Positions 35,931-49,434 of a stretch of DNA of 54,063 bases are shown here, one piece after another. The DNA is taken from contig CAUYUJ010000267.1 in NCBI GenBank assembly GCA_963575745.1, forward strand, positions 62,001 to 116,063. The letters run 5' to 3'. Position 1 is the stretch's first letter, and each line of letters opens with the position of its first letter. The position numbers were made by a program, and so were the translations under genes. Origin of the DNA: Prorocentrum cordatum (lineage: Eukaryota). The notes under the pieces were generated by a model that did not search any database, was not told the origin of the DNA, and saw only the letters and a list, made by a program, of their open reading frames with translations.

Positions 35931-37174
35931 CACACCACCGCCGCTCCCTCAATCTCACCATCGTCACCGACCACAGGCACACGCCCCTTTTCCTATAAAT
36001 CGGATCTCTCGACCGAGTCTTAGCAACATAGCCAGGATCGGGATCATCTTCCCTCGGTGGAGGCAACCGCCGATACATGTGTACTGTGTACATACATGTG
36101 TGTATATGTATATACAGATAAATGAATGTGTCTGTGCGTGTATGCAGACGTATGCATGTATGTGTATATGGATGTACGTGCAGGCATGCCGACGTATACA
36201 AACAAACAGATAGGTGTTGGTGCCAACCAGAGGGTGAACAATAGGGAGGCCAGAGCTCAAGTGGGAAAGCATCGAGCTAGAATCAGCGGTGCATGGCCTA
36301 CTGATCGGCGATAGGCCCCCGATAACGAATCATAGCTCTCCTGGGCGGAGTGTGCTATCGGGCCCTTTGGCCGAGATGGAGACGATGTATCACCCCTCAT
36401 GAGCCTATCCCCCTAAACGCTGACCCTTCAACACCGAGGTCGGGATCATCTTCCCTGGACGGAGGCAACCGCAGATATCGGTGTTCGTGCCGACCTCTTG
36501 CATGAGCAATGAACAACTGTATGAACATGAATTGTTTGATGTCTGAGCTGATTGTTGGGATCTGCGCTGCCCCCCCCCTTCCTTGGCGCATCAGGCGCGT
36601 CAGGGGCTGCACCAGCGGCGCCGCCAGGGGGGCCCAACGCCGATCCAGGAAAACCGCGTGGATCTCCAAACGTTTATGGGTAGAACGACTTCTCTTCCTC
36701 GGCCATTCCCCCTCGGCGGAGGCCACTAGCCTCAGGGCCTCCGATCACCCCCGTATCTGAGCGGGCGCTAAACGGTACGAGATAAATTGTTCATCGACCG
36801 GGGGTCTCTCCCAACGCGGCTGGAGAGATCATAACAGCCTGCCACCGCAGGGGTATTAACCTGCCAGCCGCCCTGGGCCAGGCACAACCGAGCGTGGCGC
36901 AGCACGCCGCACTTGCGGATATTACGGATGGCTCGGGCGCGGGGTGGGTCGCGGGGCAGGTCGCGGCTGGGTCGCCGGGTGGGCCGCGGGGATTGGTCGA
37001 GGGTGGGTTGTTGGGGGGGGCGCGGGCGAGGACGACGACATCGACAGCAGCCACGCAACCAAACCCTCGCACCGCCGAGCGCCACCCGCAACCGCGGCGG
37101 CAGGCCCCAATCGCTCTGAGATATGTCGTGCTTCGCCGATGGATCCCCGCCCGACTCGAGAGAGCGGACCAGAC

Positions 37175-37517
37175 TCGGCGACGAGCCTGCGTCGGCGGTG
37201 GACAAGCCTCCCTTTAGTAAACCTCCCTTTAGTAAACCTCCTTCTGGGCCTAGGACCGAAACCGAGAACGGAAAACGGCCTATTCCTTAATCGGCGTGTC
37301 AGGGTAGGAGGTCCATCAACCTCCGACTTGGGGGGGAGGTGAGAAGGCGCGGGACTTCAAAGACTGCTCGGAAGCCCCCTGGCCTCCTGAGAAGTCTGCG
37401 AAGCCTTCCCCTAGACACAGACAGCCTCTCAGAAGGCGCCAGGGCTTCTGAGACGCCCCACCGCATTCTGAGAAGGCCTCCTCGTCCTCCTCACCTCCCC
37501 CCCTCACTCGCCGCAGA
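37175..37517. mobile_element. MITE family G, inverted copy containing a nested family A copy
   Basis: Reverse-complement similarity to 38497-38695, also visible as similar ORF peptides EEAFS.(C/G)GGASQK..RLLR. Confidence 0.65.
37192..37326. mobile_element. MITE family A, diverged and internally deleted copy nested in a family G copy
   Basis: Shares CCTCCCTTTAGTAAACC and GAAAACGGCC..TTCCTT.ATCG.CGTGTCAGGGTAGGAGG with the 22013 copy; TSD decayed (CTGCG/CTTGG). Confidence 0.75.
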
Positions 37518-38243
37518 GATATGCCAGCACCCTCGTCAGGATGTACAAGAACGTCCAGCAAGCACGACGAACACCAGAGTACCCTCCCCAAACCGACCTC
37601 GATCTGATACTTCGGTCCGACTGTACGCCGTTCTTAGAGGAAGAAAGCGCACATAAACATCAACGTTCGACACTCCGCGCGGACTTCTTGGATTTGCGCT
37701 GGGCCCCACTCTCTGGCGCGCGGAGCACGCCAGGGGCGGCGCCGGAGGCGCCGCCGGGGGGGCTCAGCGCGGATGAGGAGGATTGGGGAGGAATAGGAAG
37801 AGCAACAAGGAGGAGGAGGAGCAGGAGGAGCAGGAGAAGGAGAAGGAGCAGGAGGAGGAATAGCAGGAGCAGGAGGAGGAGGAGGAGGAGGAAGAGGAGG
37901 AGGATGAGGGGGAGGAAGAGGGGGAGGGGGAGGGGGAGGGGGATGGGGGAGAGGGGAGGAGGATGGAGGAGGGAGGAGGAGGAGGAGGAGGAAGGGAGGA
38001 GGAGGAGGAGGAGGGAGGAAGGGGGGATGAGGGGAGGGGGAGGAGAGAAGGCAGGGGGAGGAGGAGGAGCAGGAGAGGAGCAGGAGGAGGAGGAGGAGGA
38101 GGAGGAGGAGGAGGAGGAGGAGGAGGAGGGGGGGAGGGCGGACCGGACGCGGTGCCCTCCGCGGCGAGGCGCCGCCACGGCGCAGGGGGGCGGCGCGGCC
38201 TCTCTCGGGGCGCTCCTCTGCGCTCCAGGACGGGCGGAGGCGC

Positions 38244-38286
38244 CTGTCCTCCTTGAGGCTGTGGTCTACCTCGATGACCCGGGAGC
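38244..38286 (-). CDS. SEC61A: Sec61 alpha exon (G-SRVIEVDHSLKED-R)
   Basis: 43 nt, phase-compatible on both sides; GAG|GC acceptor, AG|GC donor; resembles the conserved GSKIIEVD..LKEDR loop. Confidence 0.92.
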
Positions 38287-38292
38287 CTCGCA

Positions 38293-38454
38293 TTAGGTGG
38301 GGCATGTTCCCCCACAGGCGCATTTGGGGGGGAGGAATGCAAGATGGCCTAAAACATACGCAAACATGGCCAACCATGGTCGAAACATCGTGCTCCAGAC
38401 TCTTGTTTGACTAGTTCTGAATATTCCTCCTGTAGAGGGACGTGCCCGACTTAG
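38293..38454. mobile_element. MITE family E (8-bp TSD, hAT-like) at a Sec61 splice acceptor
   Basis: TIR TTAGGTGGGGCATGT / ACGTGCCCGACTTAG; perfect TSD GCCTCGCA at 38285-38292 and 38455-38462. Confidence 0.88.
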
Positions 38455-38496
38455 GCCTCGCAGGAGTGAGTAAAGAAGACGCTGCAACATGCAAAC

Positions 38497-38695
38497 TCGG
38501 CGGCGAACGAGGGGGGGAAGGGAGAAGGAGGAGGCCTTCTCAGACGGCGGCGGGGCTTCTCAGAAACACTCGCGCCTTCTGAGAGATGCTTTAGGCTTCC
38601 GGGGAAAACTTCGCAAACTTCTCAAAGGCCCGGGGACTTCCGAGCCTTCTGAGAAGGCCCGCCCCTTCTCACTTCCCCTCCTCGCTTGCCGCCGA
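38497..38695. mobile_element. MITE family G
   Basis: TIR TCGGCGGCGAACGAGG / CCTCGCTTGCCGCCGA; internal TTCTCAGA/TCTGAGAA motifs; inverted homolog at 37175-37517. No clear TSD. Confidence 0.7.
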
Positions 38696-38959
38696 GCGAG
38701 TGAAGAAGAGGCTGCGAAGTACAGCTCTCGGAGCTCCGCGCGTTTTCTGTTTGATTGATTGTTTGAGCTTGTTCCCCATATCCTAAGATGGGATTAATGT
38801 GATTACTTGGACGCCTCTTACTCCTTCCTCTTCTTCTTCTCCTCCTCTTCCTCCTGATACTCGGACTTCCTCATACTCGGACTTAGTCATGCTGAGACTC
38901 ACTCATACCCAGACTTACGCATACTCAGACTCGTTCCCAGACGTATTCATACACAGACT

Positions 38960-40680
38960 TACTCCAAGGGGAGCCGCCAGGGGTGTTTTCACGGTCCAGT
39001 TCGCAGCAATTGTGTGGCGATGTCTCAGGCGGTGTGCTTGTTTTCTGTCTCAGCATCCTTGGCTATCAGAGCAGATGTTGAGGATGTCTCAGGCGGGGCG
39101 CTGGTGTCAGCACCAAAAAGGGGAGCCGCCAGGGTTGTTTTCACGGTCCCGTTCGCAGCATGTGTTGCAGGTTTGCCTGTTTTCTGTCTCAACATCCTTG
39201 GCTATCAGAGCAGATGTTGAGCATGTCTCAGGCGGGGCGCTGGATTCAGCACCTCAAAGGGGAGCCGCCAGGGGTGTTTTCACGGTCCAGTTCGCGGCCG
39301 TTGTGTGGGGATGCCTCAGGCGGTTTGCCTGTTTTCTGTCTCAACATCCTTGGCTATCAGAGCAGATGTTGAGCATGTCTCAGGCGGGGCGCTGGCGTCA
39401 GCACCCCCCAAAGGGGAGCCCAGGGGTGCTTTCATGGTCCCGTTCGCAGCAATGTCTCAAGCGGTTTGCCTGTTTTCTGTCTCAACATCCTTGGCTATCA
39501 CAGCAGAGTCTGAGGATGTCTCAGGCGGGGCGCTGGTTTCAGCACTCCCAAGGGGAGCCGCCAGGAGTGTTTTCACAGTCCCGCTCGCGGCCGTTGTGTG
39601 GGGATGCCTCAGGCGGTTTGCCTGTTTTCTGTCTCAACACCCTTGGCTATCAGAACAGATTTCTAGGAAGTCTCAGGCGGGGCGCTGGTGTCAGCACCCC
39701 CAAGGGGAGCCGCCAGGGGTGTTTTCACGGTCCCGTTCGCAGCATGCGTTGCAGGTTTGCCTGTTTTCTGTCTCAACATCCTTTGCTATCAAAGCAGATG
39801 TTGAGCATGTCTCAGGCGGGGCGCTGGTTTCAGCACCTCTAAGGGGAGCCGCCAGGGGTGTTTTCACGGTCCAGTTCGCGGCCGTTGTGTGGGGATGCCT
39901 CAGGCGGTTTGCCTGTTTTCTGTCTCAGCATCCTTGGCTATCAGGACAGATTTCTAGGAAGTCTCAGGCGGGGCGCTGGTGTCAGCACCCCCAAGGGGAG
40001 CCGCCAGGGGTGTTTTCAGGGTCCTGTTCGCAGCAATGTTGTGGGGATGTCTCCAGCGGTGTGCCTGTTTCTGTCTCAACATCCTTGGCTATCAGAACAG
40101 ATGTTGAGGATGTCTCAGGCGGGGCGCTGGCTTCAGCACCTCAAAGGGGATCCTCCAGGGGTGTTTTCACGGTCCCGTTCGCGGCAATGTTCCGAGATGT
40201 CTCAGGCGGTTTGCATGTTTTCTGTCTCAACATCCTTGGCTATCATAGCAGAGTCTGAGGATGTCTGAGGCGGGGCGCTGGCTCCAGCACCCCTAAGGGA
40301 AGCCGCCAAAAGGGTATGAGACGGTCCCGTTCGCGGCCGTTGTGTGGGGATGTCTCAAACAGTTTGCCTGTTTTCTGTCTCAACAACCATCGCTTGGAGA
40401 GAAGATTGTGAGGATGACTTGGGCGGGGCGCTGGTTTCAGCACCTCTAAGGGGAGCCGCCGAGGGGTATGGCACGGTCCCGTTCGCGGCCGTTTCGTGGG
40501 GATGTCTCAAGCGGTTTGCCTGTTTTCTGTCTCAACATTCTTCGCTTGGGGAGCAGATTGTGAGGATGTCTCAGGCGGGGCGCTGGTTTCAGCTACCTAA
40601 GGGGAGCCGCCAAGGGTGCTTTCACGGCTCCGCTCGTCGCCATTATGTGGGAATGTCTCTAGCGGTTCGCCTGTTTTCTA
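38960..40680 (+). repeat. Satellite array, about 12 units of 139-154 bp
   Basis: GAGCC anchor at 38971, 39123, 39262, 39416, 39555, 39707, 39846, 39998, 40149, 40300, 40453 and 40604. Confidence 0.96.
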
Positions 40681-41264
40681 CTTTTGCGTTGTGTCCCGAG
40701 TGGCTCTCCCCGCTGGTATGTTCACCATAGCACTACCCTACAATCTGGGATGCACATATGGCTCATATGGCTAGACGCTCATTTCAATATCCCAAATACA
40801 ATATTACCTCTTGCTAAGGATGCACATATGGCCAGCTCCACGCAGTGAGTAATTGTCGCTTGAGGGGGAGACGCAGGGATCACCGCCACCGAGCACTCAT
40901 CGGGGTGCGAAGTATCGCCGACTACATGCCCGTGTTCCCCCCGAGCAACCCCAGGAGGAGAAGGAGGAGGAGGAGGGGGAGGAGGGGGAGGAGGGGGAGG
41001 AGGGGAAGGAGGTGGGAGGAGGGGAGGAGGGGGAGAGAAGGGGGAGGAGGGGGAGGAGGGGGAGGGGGAGGGGGAGGGGGAGGAGGACAAGCTAGGTGCG
41101 CTCGCGTCATATCTGACGTCCTACCCCTCCCTCCCATCCCTTACCATGGCGCTGATTTTCTCTATCCGCGGACGCGTGTCGTAGCAGACCTGTGGCTCCG
41201 CGCGCGCGTGCGTAGTGGGTGGTGGTGCACGTGCGTGCGTGCGTGCGTGCGTGTGTGCGTGGTT

Positions 41265-41480
41265 GTCGTGGTGGTGGTGGTGGTGGTGGTGGGTGGTGGT
41301 GGTGGTGGTAGTGGTGGTGGTGGTGGTGGTGGTGATGGTGGTGGTGGTGCTAGGTGGTGGTGGTGGTGGTACTGGTGCTGGTGGGTTGGTACTGGTGGCT
41401 GGTGCTGGTGGTGGCTGGTGGTGGTGGTGGTGGTGGTGGTGGTGGTGGTGTGGTGGTGGTGGTGGTGGTGGTGGTGGTGC
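41265..41480 (+). repeat. (GGT)n microsatellite
   Basis: Direct reading. Confidence 0.95.
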
Positions 41481-42759
41481 GGCGCGGTGGTGGCGGGCGG
41501 ATGGGCGCGCGAGAAAGAGGCCCGCGCTGGGGCGAGAACGCCATCCTGAACGACGGAGGCCAAACACCGATCCGAAAATGAGGCCCACGCTGCAGCGGGA
41601 GCACGATTCGGAACGATTCGGGAGCAGAAATGAGGCCGGCGCCTCAACGAGAGCAGCATTTTGGGAAAAAATGACGCCGGCGCCTCAGCGAGAGTCGTTT
41701 CCCGGGATTTCCCGGGAATCCTGTGTGTAAAAAACAGTACGCGGAGGGTGCGCGGCCATCACCCGGACGCCATCAGGGGAAGAGGGAGAGTATTTTCATA
41801 TTGAGTAATTGTAGGAGGAGGAGGAGGAGGAGGAGGACGATGAGGAGGAGGAGGAGAGGAGGAGGAGAGGAGGAGAGAGGAGGAGGAGGAGGAGGAAGAG
41901 GAGGAGGAGGAGGAGGAGGAGGAGAGGAGGGGGGGGGGGGAGGTAGGAGGAGGAGGAGGAGGAGGAGGAGGAGGAAAGAGGAGGGGAGGAGGAGGAGGAG
42001 GAGGATGAGGAGGAGGAGGAGGAGAAGGAGGAGGAGGAGGAGGACCTCTCCATCCTCTCAGCCCTCGGCGGAGAAGCAGGGACCACTGCCGCCGAGCCCT
42101 CCTCGGGGGGCGGTCCGGCCCCTGGGCCGCGGCACGCCTGGGCGCCGCCCAGTACAGGACGACGCTCAGCTGCACCCACCTGCACGAGCGGCGAGCATGT
42201 ATGAAGGGGCCCTGGGACGCACAAATAAATACACACAAATAACAGGATTCCCTATATTTTCTCATATTTCCTAGGTTTTTGTCTTCCCCCCCGACCTCCT
42301 ATATTTTCCTATATTTTCAGGGGGATCGACGATTAATTGTGTTTTTTCCCCTGCTGAATGTATGTGGCCTCGCGGTCTGGATTCCAGCAGGGCTCGATCC
42401 CAGACACAGTGGCTGCCCATGCCAAGAACCACACTGCCTGCCTCCAGTGCGCCCTGGGCTTCTTCGGTTTCGATATGGTTTTGCTATGGAAAGTGTGACG
42501 GTCCCACACGAGAAATCCATGGACGTCCTGGGGTCTCAGGGTTGAGTTTCTTGTGGAAAGTTTCTTGTAGACTTGCGGTCGCGCGGACACGCTCCGCGCG
42601 GACCATACGCAACCAAAAAAACACGCTCCGCGCGGGGCTTCTGGGGAAAGGGACGGCAAAAACACGTTCCGCTTTGCCGTTTTCGTTGCCGGCTGCGGCG
42701 CTGTTTAGCTTCCGGTTCAATCTCCGCTGGTATGTCCCGGTTCCGGCTCTGGCTCCAAT

Positions 42760-42944
42760 CCCAGACCCCCGACGTTATTCTTTTTTCGTGACGCGACCCC
42801 CAAAGGTCCGGACCCATTCCCCAGGACCGGTTTTTCATCCTGAGTCGTTTCTTGACGGTGGCGATGGCCGGTAAGGGCCCCCAGAGGCCGACAACAGCGA
42901 GAAACCTCGCGTCGTGATTTTTCCATGACTGGAGGGGGTCTGGG
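42760..42944. mobile_element. MITE family D, copy 2 (2-bp TSD AT)
   Basis: TIR CCCAGACCCCC / GGGGGTCTGGG; colinear with the 30340 copy. Confidence 0.85.
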
Positions 42945-43198
42945 ATCCCAGAGCCCTTTCTTGCCGTTTCTGGCCGCCATATGCTTCGCCACTGCAATCT
43001 CCACCGGGGCAATTTTTCGGACCCGGGGCACCGGTGAACAGCGGCCGTGCCTCTGCCGCGGCCAGCTCCCGACGGGGAGGAGGGGAGATCGACGAGCTTG
43101 TTCCATTACTCGCAGAGTAGATCCTCGCAAGTGGACTGGATCCGACGCAGGGGGTTTTATGATATACTACACAAAGGAAGACGCATGTGCTTGTTTTA

Positions 43199-43903
<705 letters not shown>

Positions 43904-45180
43904 TCACCATGGAACTCCTAGCACCTCTGAAAACCCTTGCAGACTCGAAGAAATCCCAACAATAGAACGCACGAGAACCCTTTCAACCTCCTTCCACCGT
44001 CCACCACCCCAGTCACCATGCAGGTCAACAAAAAGCAACGGGAAGTTCAAACAATCTGCCAAGTGTCGGGCCGCTCCAGCGATGCTGCGCGGCGATGAGG
44101 ATGCTGGGGAAACGGCGGCCGGAGGATAACGGCGGGGTGAGGAAAGACTGGCGAAGGGGGGCGAGGAGGAAGACGCGGAGGGAGGTGGCGGACGAGACGC
44201 GAGATGGTGATGGAGCAGAGGAGGATGCTGCAGCGCATCGCCCCGTTCCGGGTCTCATCCCCTCCTCCTCCTCCTCCTCCTCCTGCTCCTCCTCCTCCTC
44301 CTCCTCCTCCTCCTCCTCCTCCTCCTCCTCCTCCCAGGAGTCCCTACACAACTATCTTCCACTGCGGCGAGGCCCCACCTTGAATGGGGAGCGCACGGCG
44401 GGCCTGCCAACAGAGGCGAGACCCCGCCATGCAGAGGGTCCACATCTATCCCTCTTGGCATTCCCAGGTGCAAGTAACGAGGAGGAGGAGGAGGAGGAGG
44501 AGGAGGAGGAGGAGGAGAGCGGCGGGGGGGGGGAAGGATGGGGGGGCATTGGAGCAGGGAGTGCAGTCTCCGAGAAGAAGATGAATAAGACGAAAAATAA
44601 GACAAATAATAATAATAATAAGAAGAAGAAGAAGAAGGAACATAAGAAAAAGTTCAGCGCAAAAGAAACGTTCAGCACGCCGAGTAGATCAAAGGGGCTT
44701 AGATCAGGCTCGCCTGAGGAACCATGCAGTCTCTCTGAGCTTTCACGAGGCGGCCATTACAGTGCCGACGGCGGCCGTTGACCGTCAATCGAAACACTGT
44801 TCTGAAGAATGTGGCATGAGCCCCACTGCGCCGAAATCTTTCCACGGAATTGGCAACGCAAGCCTAAGCTTCGCACTCAGCTGCTTCTCTGCGGGGCAGG
44901 GCCTGCGATCGCGGCCAACGCCCACGTGGACGCTGTGCTGTGGCACTGGGCCTGGTCCGGGACCCCGATCCGCGGACTGAGGCGCTGTGGCCTTCGCCTG
45001 CATTGCCTGGGCCAATAGAGCAATGAAGGGGCTCTCACTGGGAGGTGCGACCACCCAGGGACGTAAGCGATCGTGGCCGTTCGGGGGGGTGCCCAAAAAG
45101 GGTCCAGAACGCGGAATTCCCCTGTGATAGACCTCCACCCAGGACAGCTCATCGAGGCTGGAGTTGCCAAAAAATTACCC

Positions 45181-45331
45181 TTAGGTCGGGCATGTCCCCC
45201 GTCAGGCGGATCCTGGACGGAAAATTAGAAAAGACCCGGAAAGTGGTCAAAACTTGCTCAACAAATCGTCCCCTGACCATTTTCTTACTATTTCTAAATG
45301 CTCCTCCTGCAGAGGGACACGCCCGACTTGA
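45181..45331. mobile_element. MITE family E copy
   Basis: TTAGGTCGGGCATGTCCC...GGGACACGCCCGACTTGA; TSD decayed. Confidence 0.8.
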
Positions 45332-47446
45332 AGATACCTCCCGGAGCAGCTGCTCGAGGCAGCGGGTGCCCAAAGCCACCTCCCTGGGGGAGCACGGTGG
45401 GAACAGAAGGGAACACGGCGGGAACCTATAGGGAACATAGCTGCCCCAGAAACACCGGAAACACCAGTGCTCGTTCAAGGGTCTGCGGGAACCAGGGGAA
45501 CACAGGGGGAACGCGGGGGAACATAGTCGGGGATCTTCTGGCCCGGGTCAATGCAGGAAACCAAAAAACTGCAATGCAGGAAAAAACTGCAGCGCAGGTC
45601 CTCGCAAACCCGGGTCAGCCAATACGCGCGGCCGCCTCGCGGCCACGAGCGGCTCGCTAACCCGGGTCAGCCAGAGGGGCTCTTCGCAGGATCCTGCAGG
45701 ATTCGGTGCCATGGCTGACCCCCGTTTGCATTGACCCCCGTCTCGATGCTCCCGACATAGGGGAGCCTGGCTGCCCCCGGGAGGGGCGTTGAGCACCCCC
45801 TGCCTCTGATCACCTGTGCCGGGGGGGGGTTTTACCAACCCACCGCCTCGATCAGCTGCCCCGGGGGGCGGCGTTGGGCACACCCAGCCTCCACCAGCTG
45901 CCCCAAGGGGGAGATCTCCCGCAGAGATTTCTTCGCGCAGCCGGGACTGGGGGGGGGGCACGATGACCTCAGGGCCCATCCCCCGCCCAAACCGCATCAC
46001 GCAGCTGCCCCGACAGCTCGTTTGGGCATCGTGCTTGCATTAACTAGTGAGGATGCGCGAAGCGTCACGAATTGCAAACATGTTCCTGCGTTTGGCGTTG
46101 TTCTCCACTTCCCTCTATCCCTGATATTCGCGGGCGTCTTGATTTCCCCCCCGTGCCCCGTGTGCCTTTTCCCTCAACTCCCCCCTCCTCCCCCAATTCC
46201 GTTCCTCGCGATTCGGGTCCCCACTGCACCCCCATCACTCCTCCAAAGCTGGAGCCGCAGGCTCTGTCTACCGGCGCTTTCTGCACAGCGTAAACAACAA
46301 CGCATCATAAGAACGTGTGCGCGCGTAGGTCAATATCCACGACCTCCGAGCACGCTAATAGAGCAATCGCTGGGAATGCACAATTCACCCCCAAGCTCCC
46401 CCCGCCGCCATAGATCACTGATTCGATTTGAAACTGTCTCTATGAGGCTAGGCATATCATACCAGGAGGAGGATGGAATAGAACAACTGATACTTTTTAG
46501 ACGCGGCCGCGGGCGAAAGCGCAAGCGGCGAGTCGTAAGTCCGGGGCGCGGGCCTACTAATTGACAACAGGAGCAAACTAAAGCCGCGCACCTAAACTGC
46601 CTAGAACAACTAACACATGCAGCGGCAACACATGCAGCGGCAACAAAAACGCCCTCCATTGCTCAATCCTTGCGCACTTGCAAGCTGTTCTGGCCATCAA
46701 ACTTGCGCAACTACCAAGCGAACCCCCCATTTGAAATCCACCCTCCGTTTCAAGCTTCGGGTCATGGGAATCGAATAGGCCTCAAACGACGACAACATTG
46801 TAATAACGAACCAACCTTCATCCTTGTAACTCTCGAAGATGCTTGGGCTGAGTGCGTGGCGATGAGGCGAGAACCACATTCTGACAACCACCTCCCTCCG
46901 TAATGCAACAGTCTGACTTCGTAAGGCGAGTATGATTTCGTGAACACATCGGAATCCACCCCCGTTACTGTCAAATCCTTTGAAACAGATGACCGCGGCG
47001 ACAATGCGAGAACCACATTTCGAAAACCTCTGGTCCGTGTGTAGCTGTCAGTAGCGTCTGAAACCAACGTGCTCGGCGCCAAGCGGAGACCCGCAGTTTG
47101 AAAACCGAGGGCCCTCCACCCGTATAACTGCTGGACTGTTTGGCTCCACGATGATAATAGGTAACACTATTGTAAGCGACCCTCCCCCTGCCTGGCCTTT
47201 GAACACGCATGTTGGTGCAGAAGGGGGGGGTCCAATCACAGGGAACAGGGATGGAAGAGGAGGCCGGCGGGAAGCAGACGGAGAAGAATGAGGCTGAGGA
47301 GGATACGGAGCAGCATGACGCGGAGGAAACGGAGGGGAGGAGAGGAAGGGGATGGGGTTACATGAGGAACAGGAGGAGTGCGCGGAGGATGCGAGGACGA
47401 GAGCAGTGGAAATGAGGACGGCAATACCGAGCCGCGAGCGGCGGTC

Positions 47447-47550
47447 CAGTAGAAGGGGTCCGCGCTCTTGGACGTCATGATGCCGTACACGGGGATCTGG
47501 CAGCCGACAAGGAACACGAACAGGGAGATGGCCGTCCAAAGGATCTTCTC
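47447..47550 (-). CDS. SEC61A: Sec61 alpha exon ([35 protein letters not shown])
   Basis: 104 nt. TM1/plug region motif of Sec61 alpha; AAG|G acceptor, TG|GA donor; split Trp codon completed by the next exon. Confidence 0.95.
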
Positions 47551-47702
47551 CTTCGGATGGAAGAAGGACCGGAAGAAGGACCACCCTCACAACAAGCAAC
47601 CAGACAGACGAAACAAGTTAGCAAACTCAACCAAGGAAGGAATCGAACAGGACAGGGCTGTTGAGTAAACGCCCAGGGCTGATGAGTAAGCCCATTTATA
47701 TG

Positions 47703-47889
47703 AGTATCATTTAACCGATCCCCATCCCCGGCGGCGTGGCCTTGGCCCCACTGGCCGATTTGCCCCCCTAGGTGGGGATGTAGGTCGTTCCCTTCGGGTT
47801 TCAAGGGGTGTATCCCTAACTGGGGTGGTGCGTTTGTAGGGGGTCTCGAAGGGGATGGGGATGGGGATGGGGATTGCTGAAACGATACC
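47703..47889. mobile_element. Probable MITE with GGGGAT-repeat TIRs
   Basis: AGTATCATTTAACCGATCCCCATCCCC versus GGGGATGGGGATTGCTGAAACGATACC; a related end lies at 27617-27652. TSD not resolved. Confidence 0.55.
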
Positions 47890-49434
47890 GATCATATTGA
47901 GGGGTAGAGATCAAGGGGGGACTGGCATAGGGGGGAGAACATCGCCCTGGCATCAGCAACACACCGCCGCTAGATCGGCGATAGGCCCCCAGAGAGCGAG
48001 CCCGCACGCTCCTGGGTGGGGCGGGGCTGCCCTGGCCCCCATCGGCGCCCCGTGTGGACGACGCAGGGCCGATGCATACCCCCCACGCCCTACAGGATAC
48101 GGCCAGACCTGAGGAACGATAAACATAAGGAGCGAAGCCCTATTTTTTCCAAGTAAGTCTACGAAGTCCGAGGGAACACCAGGGTGGCTCGCCGCCAAAA
48201 AAAGGAGCCGAACGTATGCAAACCGAAGGAACGACCGAGCCCCTTTTGAAACACAAGTGTTCCTTATTCAAGCCGGACCCTGTAAGGGCTCGACCATGAG
48301 AAACCCAACCCTGGAACCTCAGGACGTCCACTGAATTTTGGTAGGGGAGCGTCCCGCTTTCCAAAGCAAAAAGGCATCGGAACCAAGGAAGCACCGGGCA
48401 CCCTGGGGGCAAGGAGGGTGTGTCCTGGCATGGGCCTCCACTGTATCGTTGCCCCTGATATTGGGTGCACTGTCTCTCAATTCGCGCCTCCCGCTCCGCG
48501 GTGTGCGACCATGGAGGAACGATGCGGAGGAGGAGGAGGAGGAGGAAGAGAAGGAAGAGGAGGAGGAGGAAGAGGAGGAAGGGAAGAGGAGGAGGAGGAA
48601 GAGGAGGACGAGGAGGAGGAGGAGGACGAGGAGGAGGAGAGGAGGAGGAGGAGGAGGAAGAGGAGGAAGAGAAGGAGGAAGAGAAGGAGGAGGAGGAAGA
48701 GGAGGAAGGTAAGAGGAGGAAGAGGAAGAGGAGGAAGAGGAGGAGGAGGAGGAGGAGGAGGAGGAGGAGGAGCAGGAGAGGAAGAGGAGGAGAAAGAGGA
48801 GGAGGAGAAGGAGGAGGAGGAGGATCTCCGCGCCCTCGCGCCGACCCTCCGGAGGAGCAGCGGCGCTCTGGCCCAGGCTGCGGCGAGTGCGCCGCGCGGA
48901 TGCTCCTCGCGTCCCCCGCGGGCGACCTCGTTACGTAGGGCCCCTGGGGGATGCGGGCCCCTCGCCGTCGCTCGGACGTCCACTCCCCCCGTGCGTGTGC
49001 TGGTCTCGTGCGTGCCTTGCTTTTGCTCGAGGCTCCAGGAGAGGGCTGAACCTAAACGGTGTTTTTCGTTTTCGTTTTGTTTTCGTTTTCCCTTGTTTTG
49101 TCTTCAATCCGCCTTTTAACGCAAAACGAAATCGAAACGAAAACGGCCCACGAAATCGCCAAAACGTCGTTCAGGTCCACCCCTGCTCCAGGATGCTCCT
49201 GGATGGTCTTCGCCGAGACCAAACGCACGCGTCCCAGCGGAGCCAAGGCCCTGGACCCCTGGGCCATCCCCGCAAGCCCCGACCTCATCCTGGGCCGTTC
49301 TTGGACACTCCCCCGGGCCTGCGGGGGACCAGGGGGAGGCCCGGAGACGGCGAAGCACCTCCAGGAGCCGTTGTCCTCAGGAACCGCCGGCGTCGGCACG
49401 CCGTCGGGCTGACATCGACCCCGCCCTGGCGATC

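Noticed and set aside
35640..35933. Acidic QGEDQ-repeat ORF
   Set aside because: Product of a 15-bp repeat open in several frames, inside a Sec61 intron and without splice-phase support.
30626..38243. 9-10-bp inverted match between the ends of this intron (CTCCGCCCG / CGGGCGGAG), as in introner TIRs
   Set aside because: Seen in only one of eight introns and GC-only in character, so not significant by itself.
38799..40730. Repetitive ORFs and a CRISPR-like periodic appearance
   Set aside because: Whole units are repeated, there are no unique spacers or cas genes, and the context is eukaryotic. The same applies to 16370-17435.
42300..42335. Plus-strand FLYFQGDR, resembling Sec61 VIYFQGFR
   Set aside because: Wrong strand and wrong order relative to the gene; AT-rich coincidence.
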